Notes: a model not told the origin generated them from the sequence alone. Shown: positions 47,730-57,103, counted from the first letter of the stretch. The stretch: 64,000 nt of DNA from an uncultured Spirochaetota bacterium (GCA_963835575.1 CAWIGG010000002.1:198141-262140), one strand, 5' to 3'. Numbers and translations: made by a program.

Positions 47730-49303
47730 TGTTTCATCCTTATCTCATTATTCTCTGGAATTCCCGCTTCCGATGAAATAAACAGGAGAGGGTTTCTGTT
47801 TTTAATAAACAGGTCATAGCCGGTTTTTACAAGCCATGCAAGGGCCGTCAGATGGAGAAATGAAATGATAAAAAAGAACTGGTCGAACCGGGGAACATAG
47901 AATGAGTTCATCAGGCTGAACTGAAAGACATACCCTGTATTGAGAAAATGCAGCAGGCTTAAGAACCCGGTGATCAGAAAAATCCTTTTGTCTTTTGTGA
48001 AAATGAAAGCAATCAATCCCAGGGCGATGGCCGGGTAGAGGTACCGTTCATGCATCCTGGAACTTAAAATAAAAACCGCCGTGATAATAAATAAAGCCGT
48101 ATAAGAATAAAATTCCCGTCCTTTATTTTTCAGGAAGACAAACACGGCCCATCCCAGTACGGCAAATATAAATACAAATCCCCAGATGGAATAGGGCAGG
48201 AAAAGAAATGTTTCCGAATCAGGCATCCCGTTGCCTCCGGAAAGGGAGAATAAATTGGCAGCGTTCAGGCTCGCGTAGGGATAGAGGGCAAGGGAGTCCG
48301 TGTATTTTTTGAAAATCCAGAACGGACCCTGTATGACGGAAAAGGGAATGATGCCGAGGATGAAAACGAGAATGCCGGCCCCCGCGCCGGCCAGGAACGT
48401 CCGCAAGCCTCCTTTTCTAATGAAGGCAAAAATAAGGAGCGGGGCGAAGATCAGCGCCTGCGGTTTGATAAGAAGGGCGGCGGCGAAAAAGCAGCACGCT
48501 TGAACGGCCTTTTTTTCAATCAGAAGTATCAGCGTCAGCAGGATGAAGAGGGTGAATACGGAATCGATCTGGCCCCAGACCGCGGAATTCAGGATAATAG
48601 CGGGATTAAAAAGAAAGAGAGCGCTCAGAACAAAAGCCTGCCGGCCGCCTCCGTTTTTTTCCGCATGGCGGAAGATGAAAAAAGCGGTCAGGAGGTCGGC
48701 TATGATTGCCGGCAGTTTAAGAATAATAATATAAAGCCGGGAATCCTGAGGAAGCATAAAGATTTTTCTGATGGCGCCTATGATGTATAAAAAATAGATA
48801 TATCCGGGGGGATAGTCCGCGAAAATTCCTATATAGAAGCCCGGTAGTCCCCTGTCGGCGGCCTGGATCGCCCATGCGGAGAAATTATGTATGTCGACGG
48901 GATGCCCTTTAAAGGAAACGGCGAGGATGACGCGGAGGATGAGGCCGGCGGCGAAAAGGATGGAAAGGCCCCGGAAATTTATTTCTTTATTCGCAGTGCC
49001 GTCAAAAGATTTTTTCTGTAATAAAAAATAGCCTGCCGCCAGAAGCGCGGCGTAGGCAAGGGTAATAATCAGGAGGACCGGGATCGAGACGGGGTTTCCA
49101 GGTTGGGTGTCAGTCACCATCGGGGCCGCCATGTTTGCCAGCTTCATAAAGAAAGGCTGAACAGGTGTGAATTTTAGGACAGCCTGTCCATCTTCGACCC
49201 GGATGCCGGGTAAATGGGAAATTGTGTTTTCCACCGGGAAAAGACGGCCGCAAAAAGAGAGCGCAATAATAATGAATAAGAGTTTAACGAGCCTTTTATT
49301 CAT
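47726..49303 (-). CDS. GT-C fold membrane glycosyltransferase (DUF2029 / Gpi18-like mannosyltransferase family)
   Basis: Polytopic membrane protein. VDIHNFSAWAIQAADRGLPGFYIGIFADYPPGYIYFLY. Translationally coupled to the PMT-like gene. Confidence 0.65.
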   Translation of the reverse strand: MNKRLVKLLFIIIALSFCGRLFPVENTISHLPGIRVEDGQAVLKFTPVQPFFMKLANMAAPMVTDTQPGNPVSIPVLLIITLAYAALLAAGYFLLQKKSFDGTANKEINFRGLSILFAAGLILRVILAVSFKGHPVDIHNFSAWAIQAADRGLPGFYIGIFADYPPGYIYFLYIIGAIRKIFMLPQDSRLYIIILKLPAIIADLLTAFFIFRHAEKNGGGRQAFVLSALFLFNPAIILNSAVWGQIDSVFTLFILLTLILLIEKKAVQACCFFAAALLIKPQALIFAPLLIFAFIRKGGLRTFLAGAGAGILVFILGIIPFSVIQGPFWIFKKYTDSLALYPYASLNAANLFSLSGGNGMPDSETFLFLPYSIWGFVFIFAVLGWAVFVFLKNKGREFYSYTALFIITAVFILSSRMHERYLYPAIALGLIAFIFTKDKRIFLITGFLSLLHFLNTGYVFQFSLMNSFYVPRFDQFFFIISFLHLTALAWLVKTGYDLFIKNRNPLLFISSEAGIPENNEIRMKQ

Positions 49304-50092
49304 AATAGTACCTACAGCTCAAATAAGATTTTCCCCGACCTTTATAGCAGGATATAACTATAGGCCAAATAAAGAGGTCTGTCAAGAAAGTGTGGAGGGC
49401 AGGCGCGGCCTCCGATTTAATCGGGGAGATTGTTCACTTTCTTTTGTCCGGATTGCCTGTCGGTTATTTCATTTTCGGAGTCAAACCAGCCCCTTACAAT
49501 AAGCGGGCAAGACAAGCAAAAGAAAGTGAACCGAAAGAAAAATGCCTATTTCGAGGCCATTTTCATACGAAGCTATCGGATTGTATGGATGTGTGTTATC
49601 CGGCTTTTAATAAACAGTTCATTGTAATAATAGCCGCCTTAAATCGCTGTCCTTGCCCAGCACCACTTTGAGGACGGGCAATCAAAGTGGTGCTGGGCGT
49701 CGGTTTTGACATCCGTGTCAAAAGCATGCGCCTCTCTTCTATTATAATATAAACGGATAGCACGACTTTATATTGAGATATTTAATGCGCAGATTATGGC
49801 TAATGGAAAATGGCCTCTGGAACGGGGGGATGAAGAACTGGATGGAGTAAAAAATAAAAAACAAACAACGGACTTTAAGCAAAGAAGCCGTCATTGCGAA
49901 CAACACATATTCTCCATTGCCGCTGATTTGAGCGTGAAGCAATCTGTCTGCATAAAATAGTGAAGATGATTAAGAAAAAAATTATAGCTGTGCCGCCACT
50001 ATTGTTACTGGATATCCCCTCCTGCAGACGGTAAGCCCGGCCTTTTTCGTTCCGCATTTGACAAACGCCGGGATAATGTGTTAAACTGAATC

Positions 50093-50211
50093 GATTGGTA
50101 GGAATAGATTTGGGGATTAAATTACTATGTTTTGCTGAAAAAGCAAAGCAATTTTAAGCGTACTTGTTATGTTAACAGCATTGGGGCATGCGGAGAGGCA
50201 TGCCTTTTTTT
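50093..50211 (+). ncRNA. Candidate small RNA or leader (promoter + internal hairpin + terminator, no ORF)
   Basis: TTGACA (50058-50063), 17 nt, TTAAAC. Hairpin TTTGCTgaaaaAGCAAA. Terminator GGCATGC-ggagag-GCATGCC + T7 (50185-50211). Confidence 0.25.
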
Positions 50212-50309
50212 GTTTGAGAAGGAAGTAAAAAGGATTATTTCAGCTATAATAAGATATACAAAAGTCCTATAAAAATTATTGTAAATTTTGATAGAATAGG
50301 AGGTTGCTT

Positions 50310-50936
50310 ATGAAATCCGGCAGTTATTTCTCATGGTTCCAAGAAAATTGGTATAAAGCCGGGGTATTGGTCGGAATAATCTTGATTGTTTACCTTTTTG
50401 CACTTGTACTTCCAAATAATTTGCTGCTTTTTGTCCTGTTAATGTATACCCCTCTATATTATCTTCACGAGACTGAAGAATATATTTTTCCAGCCGGTTT
50501 TTACCAGTTTTTTAATAAGAATATATTCAAGACAGATCCGGAAAATGGTCCGCTTGAAACAAAATCTATATTTTGGATTAATATGGTTTATGTATGGATT
50601 GCCATACCAATTTTCAGCCTACTAGCCATTGTTGATTTGCGATGGGCGGCATGGTTGCCCTATTTTTTCATATTTCAAGCGTTTAGTCATCTAATTCTGG
50701 GAATTGTTGGTAAAAAGCTCCTTAACCCGGGTATGATTTCGTCATGGTTAGTGCATGTACCTTGGGGAATCTGGACAATAATTCTCCTGATGAATGCAAA
50801 AGTTATATTGAATCCATTCTGGAATTTATACCTGCTGATCGGTTTGCTGCTTAATGGAACCCTGCCAATCGTGGGACGTTTTCTTCTGGCGCGATACAAC
50901 AGTAAGAAAAGTGTGGGCAAATCTCGTGCGTCATAG
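50310..50936 (+). CDS. HXXEE-domain membrane protein
   Basis: ATG 50310 is 7 nt after TAGGAGG. Motif YYLHETEEYIF. Multiple TM helices. Confidence 0.6.
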   Translation: MKSGSYFSWFQENWYKAGVLVGIILIVYLFALVLPNNLLLFVLLMYTPLYYLHETEEYIFPAGFYQFFNKNIFKTDPENGPLETKSIFWINMVYVWIAIPIFSLLAIVDLRWAAWLPYFFIFQAFSHLILGIVGKKLLNPGMISSWLVHVPWGIWTIILLMNAKVILNPFWNLYLLIGLLLNGTLPIVGRFLLARYNSKKSVGKSRAS

Positions 50937-51291
50937 TTTTGCCTCTGTATTTTAAGATATTTTAGAATAAGTATTTGGAATATCATATAAGTTAAATCGT
51001 TAATAAATAATTTGTACCGGACTTTTGTATATCAGCGGCTATACGCTCCGCTCCGTCCTCACTAGCATTCCGGGCGGTGCTCGGCCTGACGGCAAATTTG
51101 GCTTTGTCATCTTTTTTGCGCGTGGGATGCAAAAAAGATGACAACCCTGCGGGACGCCAAACTTCTTCTACGCGCACCGTTATACGAAATTTGCCGGGCC
51201 GAAGCTGGTTGTGTGGTGTTTTCAGGCATCCTTGCCTGAAAACAGCGTAAGGTATATAATCAATCTTTAAATAAAACAAAGGAATTAAAGA

Positions 51292-54200
51292 ATGAGAAAA
51301 CAAGAGGGGCTTTTAATAGTTGAAGAGAAAGTAGATGATTTCAACAGAAACGAAAGTACTTACCTTTCAAAAAACTTTCAGGAAACGGAAGCGAGGACCC
51401 GGTTCATTGACCCGCTTTTTACAGCTCTCGGCTGGGAACTGGAACAAACCGGCCTGAACCGTCAATGCTGGGATGTTTACCGTGAATTCTCGCAGAGGGA
51501 CGATTCATCCACTAAAAAGCCCGATTATGCTTTCAGGATCAAAGAAAAAGGCGCGCCCCATAATAAATATAAAGAAAAATTCTTTGTCGAGGCGAAAGCC
51601 CCATGGGTCCCTCTTACAGACGCAAAGCCCGTCTTTCAGGCCAAAAGATACGCCTTTTCATCTCATGGCAAAGCCCCCATCGTCATTCTCACCGACTTTC
51701 AGGAATTCCGGGTTTTCAACGGCCTGGAAAGACCGCGTTTCGAAAATCCTCTGCAGGGATTGATTAAAGAGCTGGATTTAAAATATACCGATTATTCAGT
51801 TAAATGGGATTTACTCTGGGCCAACTTTTCAAAAGAAGCCGTTTATGACGGAAGCATAGATATCCTTGCGGGAAAAGTTTCCAGGAGTACAAAAACATTG
51901 GACGATGAATTTCTGAATGATATTATCGAATGGAGAGAAACGCTCGCACGGAATGTCGCCATCCGGAATAATAACCTGTCCGTCGATGAAATCAATGAAG
52001 CCGTTCAAAGAATTCTTGACCGTTTTGTCTTTATCAGAAACCTTGAGGACAGAAACATTGAAGACGAGAACCTTCTTATAAATCTTGTGGACCGTCAGGA
52101 CGGCGGGGACGCGCATTTTTATAAATGTATCGTCCCGGTATTCCGTAAATTCGATATTGATTATAACGGCCTTCTTTTTAAAAAACATTTCAGCGAAGAC
52201 CTGGAAATTGATAATAAGGTCATTAAAGATATCATTAAAAGCATGAGTTCGCAGGTCTCACCTTTCCGGTTTGATATCATAGAGCCTGAAATATTGGGGC
52301 GGATTTATGAAAGATTTCTCGGCTCCAAAATCCGGCTGACGGAAGACCACCATGCGAAGGTCGAGGAAAAACCGGAAGTGCGCCATGCCGGGGGCGTTTA
52401 TTACACGCCGGAATATATCGTCAAATACATCGTTGAAAACACCGTGGGAGCGTTATTAAAAGGTGAAACCGCCGCCACAGACAGGAATGTCTGTGGTACC
52501 ACCGGCATTCCTGCCGGTGGAGGTATGCCCCCCGAAGAAATCGAGAAAATTAAAATACTCGACCTCGCCTGCGGTTCGGGAAGTTTCCTGCTTGGGGCTT
52601 TCGGCTACCTGATAAAATACCATCAGGATTATTACTCCGGTCTTTCCAAAACCGCCCGGAAGAAATACAAAGACGATTTTTTTGAAACCCCGGACGGAGA
52701 AATCCGCCTGACCCTGCGGAAGAAAGGCAAAATCCTGAAAAACAATATTTTCGGCGTGGACATCGACAGGGAGGCCACGGAAGTGGCAATTATGAGCCTT
52801 TATTTAAAACTGCTGGACGAGGGTTTTGACAAAGGGCAGGCTTTACTATTTATGAAGGGCCATATTCTGCCGGATATGACGGCGAATGTGAAGTGCGGGA
52901 ATAGTTTGATTGGCACGGATTACTTTGAAGGAATGCTAAAGATAAACGATGAGGAATTTAAGAAGATCAATCCTTTCGATTGGGAGAAAGAGTTTTCTGA
53001 AATACTAAAAAAAGGCGGCTTCGATTGTGTGATTGGGAACCCGCCGTATATTCGTATTCAAGAGCTTAAGGAATATCAACCTGAAACCATTCCCTACTTA
53101 AAATCAAAATACTATTCTGCTTTATCTGGAAATATTGACATTTATGTAATTTTCGTGGAAAAAGGGCTAAGTTTATTAGATAAAAATGGTAAACTTGGAT
53201 TTATTCTTCCAAGTAAATTTTTTGCCACTGATTATGGAACAGCATTACGAAAAATTATTTCAGAAAAAAAGGCTTTGAATAAAATAATTGATTTTGGACA
53301 TTCACAAGTATTTGAAAATGCAACTACTTATACCTGTTTATTATTCCTATCAAATGAACCGGTTAATAAAATGAATTATACCAAAGTTATTAATACATCT
53401 GAGATGCTCAAAGATGAAACAATGTCAATATTAATAGAGAATGATAAACTTACTGATTCTCCATGGATATTTGCTACAAATACAGAAAATCTAATAGCTG
53501 AGAAATTATTAAATAATTGTGTGCCGTTGAGTATGATATCAAGAATTGGGCGTGGCTCTAGTTCAGGAAATGATGATGTTTTTATGCTAAAAATTAAAAA
53601 CGGTTCTTTCTTTACACGGCAAGACGAAAGTATTAATATTGAAAAAGAAATTCTACGCGTACCTATTTATGCAACTGATTTCAATCGTTTTAGTTTTGCA
53701 CCAGATTCTGGAGAACTAATTATTTTTCCTTATAAAGTCAATAATAATGATTATGAATTGATTTCTGAAAATGAAATAAAAAACAATTTCCCTAAAGCAT
53801 ATAAATATCTTTATACACATAAAAAGGAATTGGAGGCACGCAAACAATTTAAAACATGGTATAGTTTTAGTGCTCCAAGAAATTTAGAAGTTCATGAAAA
53901 AGCGCATATTCTTGTACCACTTTTAGCGGATCGTGGTTTGTTTTGTCGGCTTCCACTGGAATCCAATAATTATTGTTTAATGGCTAGTGGAGGATTTAGT
54001 ATAACAATAAATAGCGAGTGTGGATTATCTCCAAATTACATACTAGGTTTATTAAATTCACGCGTATTATTTTGGCGTCTTCGTTCAATTAGCAATATAT
54101 TTCGAGGTGGATGGATTACTTGTACAAAACAATATGTCGAAACATTACCAATATATAAAATCAATTTTTCTGTTGAAAGAGATAAATTTCATTATGACAG

Positions 54201-54384
54201 TATGGTATCCTTTGTAGATCAAATGCTTTCCGTTCAAAAAGACCTGCAAAAATCTAATACCGATCAGGGGAAAGCCCTTTTAAACCGGCAGATTGAAATG
54301 CTCAACAGCCAGATTGATAAACTGGTATATGAGCTGTATGGATTGACGGACGAGGAGATAAAAGTGGTGGAGGGGAAGGAATGA
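51292..54384 (+). CDS. Type IIG restriction-modification enzyme (N-terminal PD-(D/E)xK nuclease + gamma-class N6-adenine methyltransferase + TaqI-C-like specificity region)
   Basis: KKPDYAF...FFVEAKAPW. Motif I ILDLACGSGSFLLGAF. Motif IV VIGNPPYIR (53038-53049). 1030 aa single chain. Tail LYGLTDEEIKVVEGKE. Confidence 0.85.
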   Translation: MRKQEGLLIVEEKVDDFNRNESTYLSKNFQETEARTRFIDPLFTALGWELEQTGLNRQCWDVYREFSQRDDSSTKKPDYAFRIKEKGAPHNKYKEKFFVEAKAPWVPLTDAKPVFQAKRYAFSSHGKAPIVILTDFQEFRVFNGLERPRFENPLQGLIKELDLKYTDYSVKWDLLWANFSKEAVYDGSIDILAGKVSRSTKTLDDEFLNDIIEWRETLARNVAIRNNNLSVDEINEAVQRILDRFVFIRNLEDRNIEDENLLINLVDRQDGGDAHFYKCIVPVFRKFDIDYNGLLFKKHFSEDLEIDNKVIKDIIKSMSSQVSPFRFDIIEPEILGRIYERFLGSKIRLTEDHHAKVEEKPEVRHAGGVYYTPEYIVKYIVENTVGALLKGETAATDRNVCGTTGIPAGGGMPPEEIEKIKILDLACGSGSFLLGAFGYLIKYHQDYYSGLSKTARKKYKDDFFETPDGEIRLTLRKKGKILKNNIFGVDIDREATEVAIMSLYLKLLDEGFDKGQALLFMKGHILPDMTANVKCGNSLIGTDYFEGMLKINDEEFKKINPFDWEKEFSEILKKGGFDCVIGNPPYIRIQELKEYQPETIPYLKSKYYSALSGNIDIYVIFVEKGLSLLDKNGKLGFILPSKFFATDYGTALRKIISEKKALNKIIDFGHSQVFENATTYTCLLFLSNEPVNKMNYTKVINTSEMLKDETMSILIENDKLTDSPWIFATNTENLIAEKLLNNCVPLSMISRIGRGSSSGNDDVFMLKIKNGSFFTRQDESINIEKEILRVPIYATDFNRFSFAPDSGELIIFPYKVNNNDYELISENEIKNNFPKAYKYLYTHKKELEARKQFKTWYSFSAPRNLEVHEKAHILVPLLADRGLFCRLPLESNNYCLMASGGFSITINSECGLSPNYILGLLNSRVLFWRLRSISNIFRGGWITCTKQYVETLPIYKINFSVERDKFHYDSMVSFVDQMLSVQKDLQKSNTDQGKALLNRQIEMLNSQIDKLVYELYGLTDEEIKVVEGKE

Positions 54385-54446
54385 CTAACTACAGATAAAT
54401 AGATGCACATGGATAGAAAACGGCCCGAATCTGTGTTTATCCGCGC

Positions 54447-54457
54447 TTAATTAACCC
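54447..54457 (+). repeat. Direct repeat TTAATTAACCC (left copy)
   Basis: An identical 11-mer recurs at 57734-57744. The two copies bracket the ATPase + membrane-protein genes. Confidence 0.6.
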
Positions 54458-54481
54458 ATACGTGGGCAGGGAGGATGAATA

Positions 54482-57103
54482 ATGATGCTAAGAGAGTTTC
54501 ATAATTTTATGATTGAACTTGCAGAAAAATCTGTTTCAGATGATGTTAAACGGATGGGAAATATTATCTTGAAATATCTTAATGAAATTATTCCTCTTAG
54601 CACTGCATATGGTCAGCGATCAAAAAAGATTATCGAATTAGCACAAAACGAATTTGAAAAAATAGTTCCACAAATTACTGTTTCTACAGAGTCTAATCAG
54701 GAAGATGAATTTGCTATCAGTCGATTAAAAAGTATTGAAATTGAATCATTCAGGGGTTTTAATCAAAAAGAAATATTTGATATAGATGCGCCGATAGTTC
54801 TACTTTATGGTCCCAATGGTTCAGGAAAAACCAGCTTTTGTGAGGCGTTAGAATATTCCCTTTTAGGGTTTGTGGAAGAAGCAGAGGTAAAACGGTTTTC
54901 AAACACAGATTACCTCAAGAATGCAAGAACAGATAGGCTTGAATTTCCTATACTAAAAGCAATTAATGCCAAAGGAGAAATGATTCTGGTTTCTCAGAAT
55001 GATGCAATTTACAGATTTTGTTTTGTTGAAAAAAATAGAATAGACGACTTTTCCCGCATGGCTGCAAAGTTACCTGCTCAACAAAATAAATTGATCGGCA
55101 CTCTTTTTGGCTTGGATTCTTTTGATGAGTTTGTGAAGGGATTTTCCAATGAACTAGATTCGAGATATATCGATTTAATCGGTCAAAAAACTATTGAATT
55201 GCAAGAAAAGAGAAAAACTCTCAGTGCTGACGAACAAATAGCTGCATCAGCGGAAAAAGATTTTGAAGAACTTACATCAACTGAAAACAAGACGGTATCA
55301 GAATTTAAATCTGATATGAATTATCCCGATTTTGTTGCTTATCTTGGTACTATAGAGAAACCTGGCAGAATTCAAGAACTCGAACAATTAATAGAAAAAC
55401 AAATACCGAAAAAAATTGGATTGACTCTTTCAATACTTAAAGAGATTGATAATTCACTGACATATTCTCTAGAGAAAATTAATAGTTATGAAAAAACACT
55501 GGAGGCCAAAAGGAATCAGATTTCTTTTCGTAACTTGTATCGGGCAGTAAAAGAACTACATACTGAAAATCCTGATATTTGTCCTGCTTGTTCCACCCCT
55601 TTGAAAAAAGTTGCTCAAGATCCCTATTTAAGAGCAGAAAATGGATTAAAAGAATTGGAAAATCTTTCAGAATTAGAACAAAATTTATCTGATTACAAAG
55701 CGGCACAGCAAAAATCTTTAAGTGATTTGTTTCAATTGGTGAAATCTGCGGTTGATTTTGAACAGACTTGCTTAAATCATGAATTAACCAATGTTCCGAA
55801 TTCTGAAAAAGAAATGACATGTGATTTGTGGCTGAATTTTAAGCAAGACTCTGGTGATGACGGTTTGAATTGGCAGAAATTGGAAAATATTATTAGTAAA
55901 ATAGAAGAATATGATAATAAAATTGAAGAACTTGAAAATGAGCGCGATAGTTATATTGTTGAAATTAAACAGCTAAGAATATATAGGGAAGAGGTTGTTC
56001 GTCATGATGAAGCCCGCAAGAAGAAAAATGAAACTATTGAGAAGGCTAAAAAAAATATAATTCAATTTGAAACAGATAATAAAAAGCTAATTGAAGAAGT
56101 AGAATCAGAAAAGCAAAATATAGAAACAAATAAAAGAATTGCGGGCGCTTATAAAATTTTCGTTGAAGAACTGAATATCTATCGAAAGGAATTGCCAGAA
56201 AAATTGATAGCAGATTTAGCAGATAAAGTTAAGGAACTCTACAATGGGTTTAATCGAGCGGACCAGGATGGTGACCTTTTAGCGGAGATTCGTTTGCCTC
56301 TTGTCTGTGGAAGTAAAATTGAAGTTGCTTTCAATAGCGAACCAACTCATTTTTTTGATGCGTTGCATGTATTAAGTGAAGGACATATCCGATGTTTAGG
56401 ATTATCCATATTATTGGCAAAGAATTTAAAACAAAAGTGTCCTCTTTTGATTTTTGATGATCCTGTTAATGCAATAGATGATGATCATCGAGAAGGAATT
56501 CGTAGAACAATATTCGAAGATAGTTTGTTTGCCGATTCACAAATAATTCTTACTTGTCATGGAGAAGAGTTCTTTAAGGATGTTCAGAATTTATTAGGTG
56601 TGAAAAAAGTAAAAGAAACAAAAGCATTTACGTTTATTCCACATATTGGAGATAATCAGATTATAGTTGATTCATCACCTACCCCAAGAAACTATGTGGT
56701 TGCTGCGAGAAATCACTTTTCTAAAGGTGAAATTCGTGAATCATTGGCAAAAAGTAGACGAGCATTGGAATTTCTCGCGAATGAAACATGGAAGTTTGTT
56801 GCCAAATATGGTGATGGTTCTCTTGCATTGACAATAAAAGGCCCAAAAGAAAGGTTAGAATTAAGAAATCTAATAGAGAAATTGAGTTCTAAAGTTAAAA
56901 AAAGTAATTTTATACACAATGAAAAAGATAAATTATCTTCAGCTTTATCATCTTTATTAGGTATTGATGGACAATCACGAGAATGGAGATATTTAAATGG
57001 TGGTACACATGAAGAGGAAGACCGGGAAGAATTTGACCGACCAACAGTTCAAACAATTGTTGAATCTCTTGAAAAAACAGATGAGGTGATAAGGGCTGAA
57101 TAA
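54482..57103 (+). CDS. RloC/PrrC-like ABC (Rad50/SMC-type) ATPase with coiled-coil CxxC zinc hook and C-terminal putative anticodon-nuclease domain
   Basis: Walker A LLYGPNGSGKTS (54809-54832 covers GPNGSGKT). Long coiled-coil with CPAC (55580-55591). Signature LSEGHIRCLGLS. Walker B LLIFDDPVNAIDDDH. C-terminal SRRALEF (R-x3-E) and YLNGGTHEEE. Confidence 0.7.
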   Translation: MMLREFHNFMIELAEKSVSDDVKRMGNIILKYLNEIIPLSTAYGQRSKKIIELAQNEFEKIVPQITVSTESNQEDEFAISRLKSIEIESFRGFNQKEIFDIDAPIVLLYGPNGSGKTSFCEALEYSLLGFVEEAEVKRFSNTDYLKNARTDRLEFPILKAINAKGEMILVSQNDAIYRFCFVEKNRIDDFSRMAAKLPAQQNKLIGTLFGLDSFDEFVKGFSNELDSRYIDLIGQKTIELQEKRKTLSADEQIAASAEKDFEELTSTENKTVSEFKSDMNYPDFVAYLGTIEKPGRIQELEQLIEKQIPKKIGLTLSILKEIDNSLTYSLEKINSYEKTLEAKRNQISFRNLYRAVKELHTENPDICPACSTPLKKVAQDPYLRAENGLKELENLSELEQNLSDYKAAQQKSLSDLFQLVKSAVDFEQTCLNHELTNVPNSEKEMTCDLWLNFKQDSGDDGLNWQKLENIISKIEEYDNKIEELENERDSYIVEIKQLRIYREEVVRHDEARKKKNETIEKAKKNIIQFETDNKKLIEEVESEKQNIETNKRIAGAYKIFVEELNIYRKELPEKLIADLADKVKELYNGFNRADQDGDLLAEIRLPLVCGSKIEVAFNSEPTHFFDALHVLSEGHIRCLGLSILLAKNLKQKCPLLIFDDPVNAIDDDHREGIRRTIFEDSLFADSQIILTCHGEEFFKDVQNLLGVKKVKETKAFTFIPHIGDNQIIVDSSPTPRNYVVAARNHFSKGEIRESLAKSRRALEFLANETWKFVAKYGDGSLALTIKGPKERLELRNLIEKLSSKVKKSNFIHNEKDKLSSALSSLLGIDGQSREWRYLNGGTHEEEDREEFDRPTVQTIVESLEKTDEVIRAE

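Noticed and set aside
45916-47781. Many 60-144-aa ORFs on both strands overlapping the two GT-C genes. Examples are 45984-46418, 46360-46767, 46596-47003, 46840-47142 and 47374-47781.
   Set aside because: They are out-of-frame or antisense to long membrane-protein ORFs that carry clear PMT/DUF2029 motifs. Their composition is Arg/Pro/Gly-rich, with no RBS.
49304-51291. A tRNA or tmRNA gene as an integration target at the boundary of the defence/mobile island.
   Set aside because: I found no cloverleaf-compatible sequence and no GGTTCGAATCC-like T-arm in the non-coding stretches flanking the island. No integrase gene is present in the window either.
50992-51303. A 103-aa minus-strand ORF upstream of the R-M gene.
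   Set aside because: It spans the nested inverted repeats and is Arg/Pro-rich. It has no RBS and runs into the R-M start codon. It is better explained as non-coding structured DNA.
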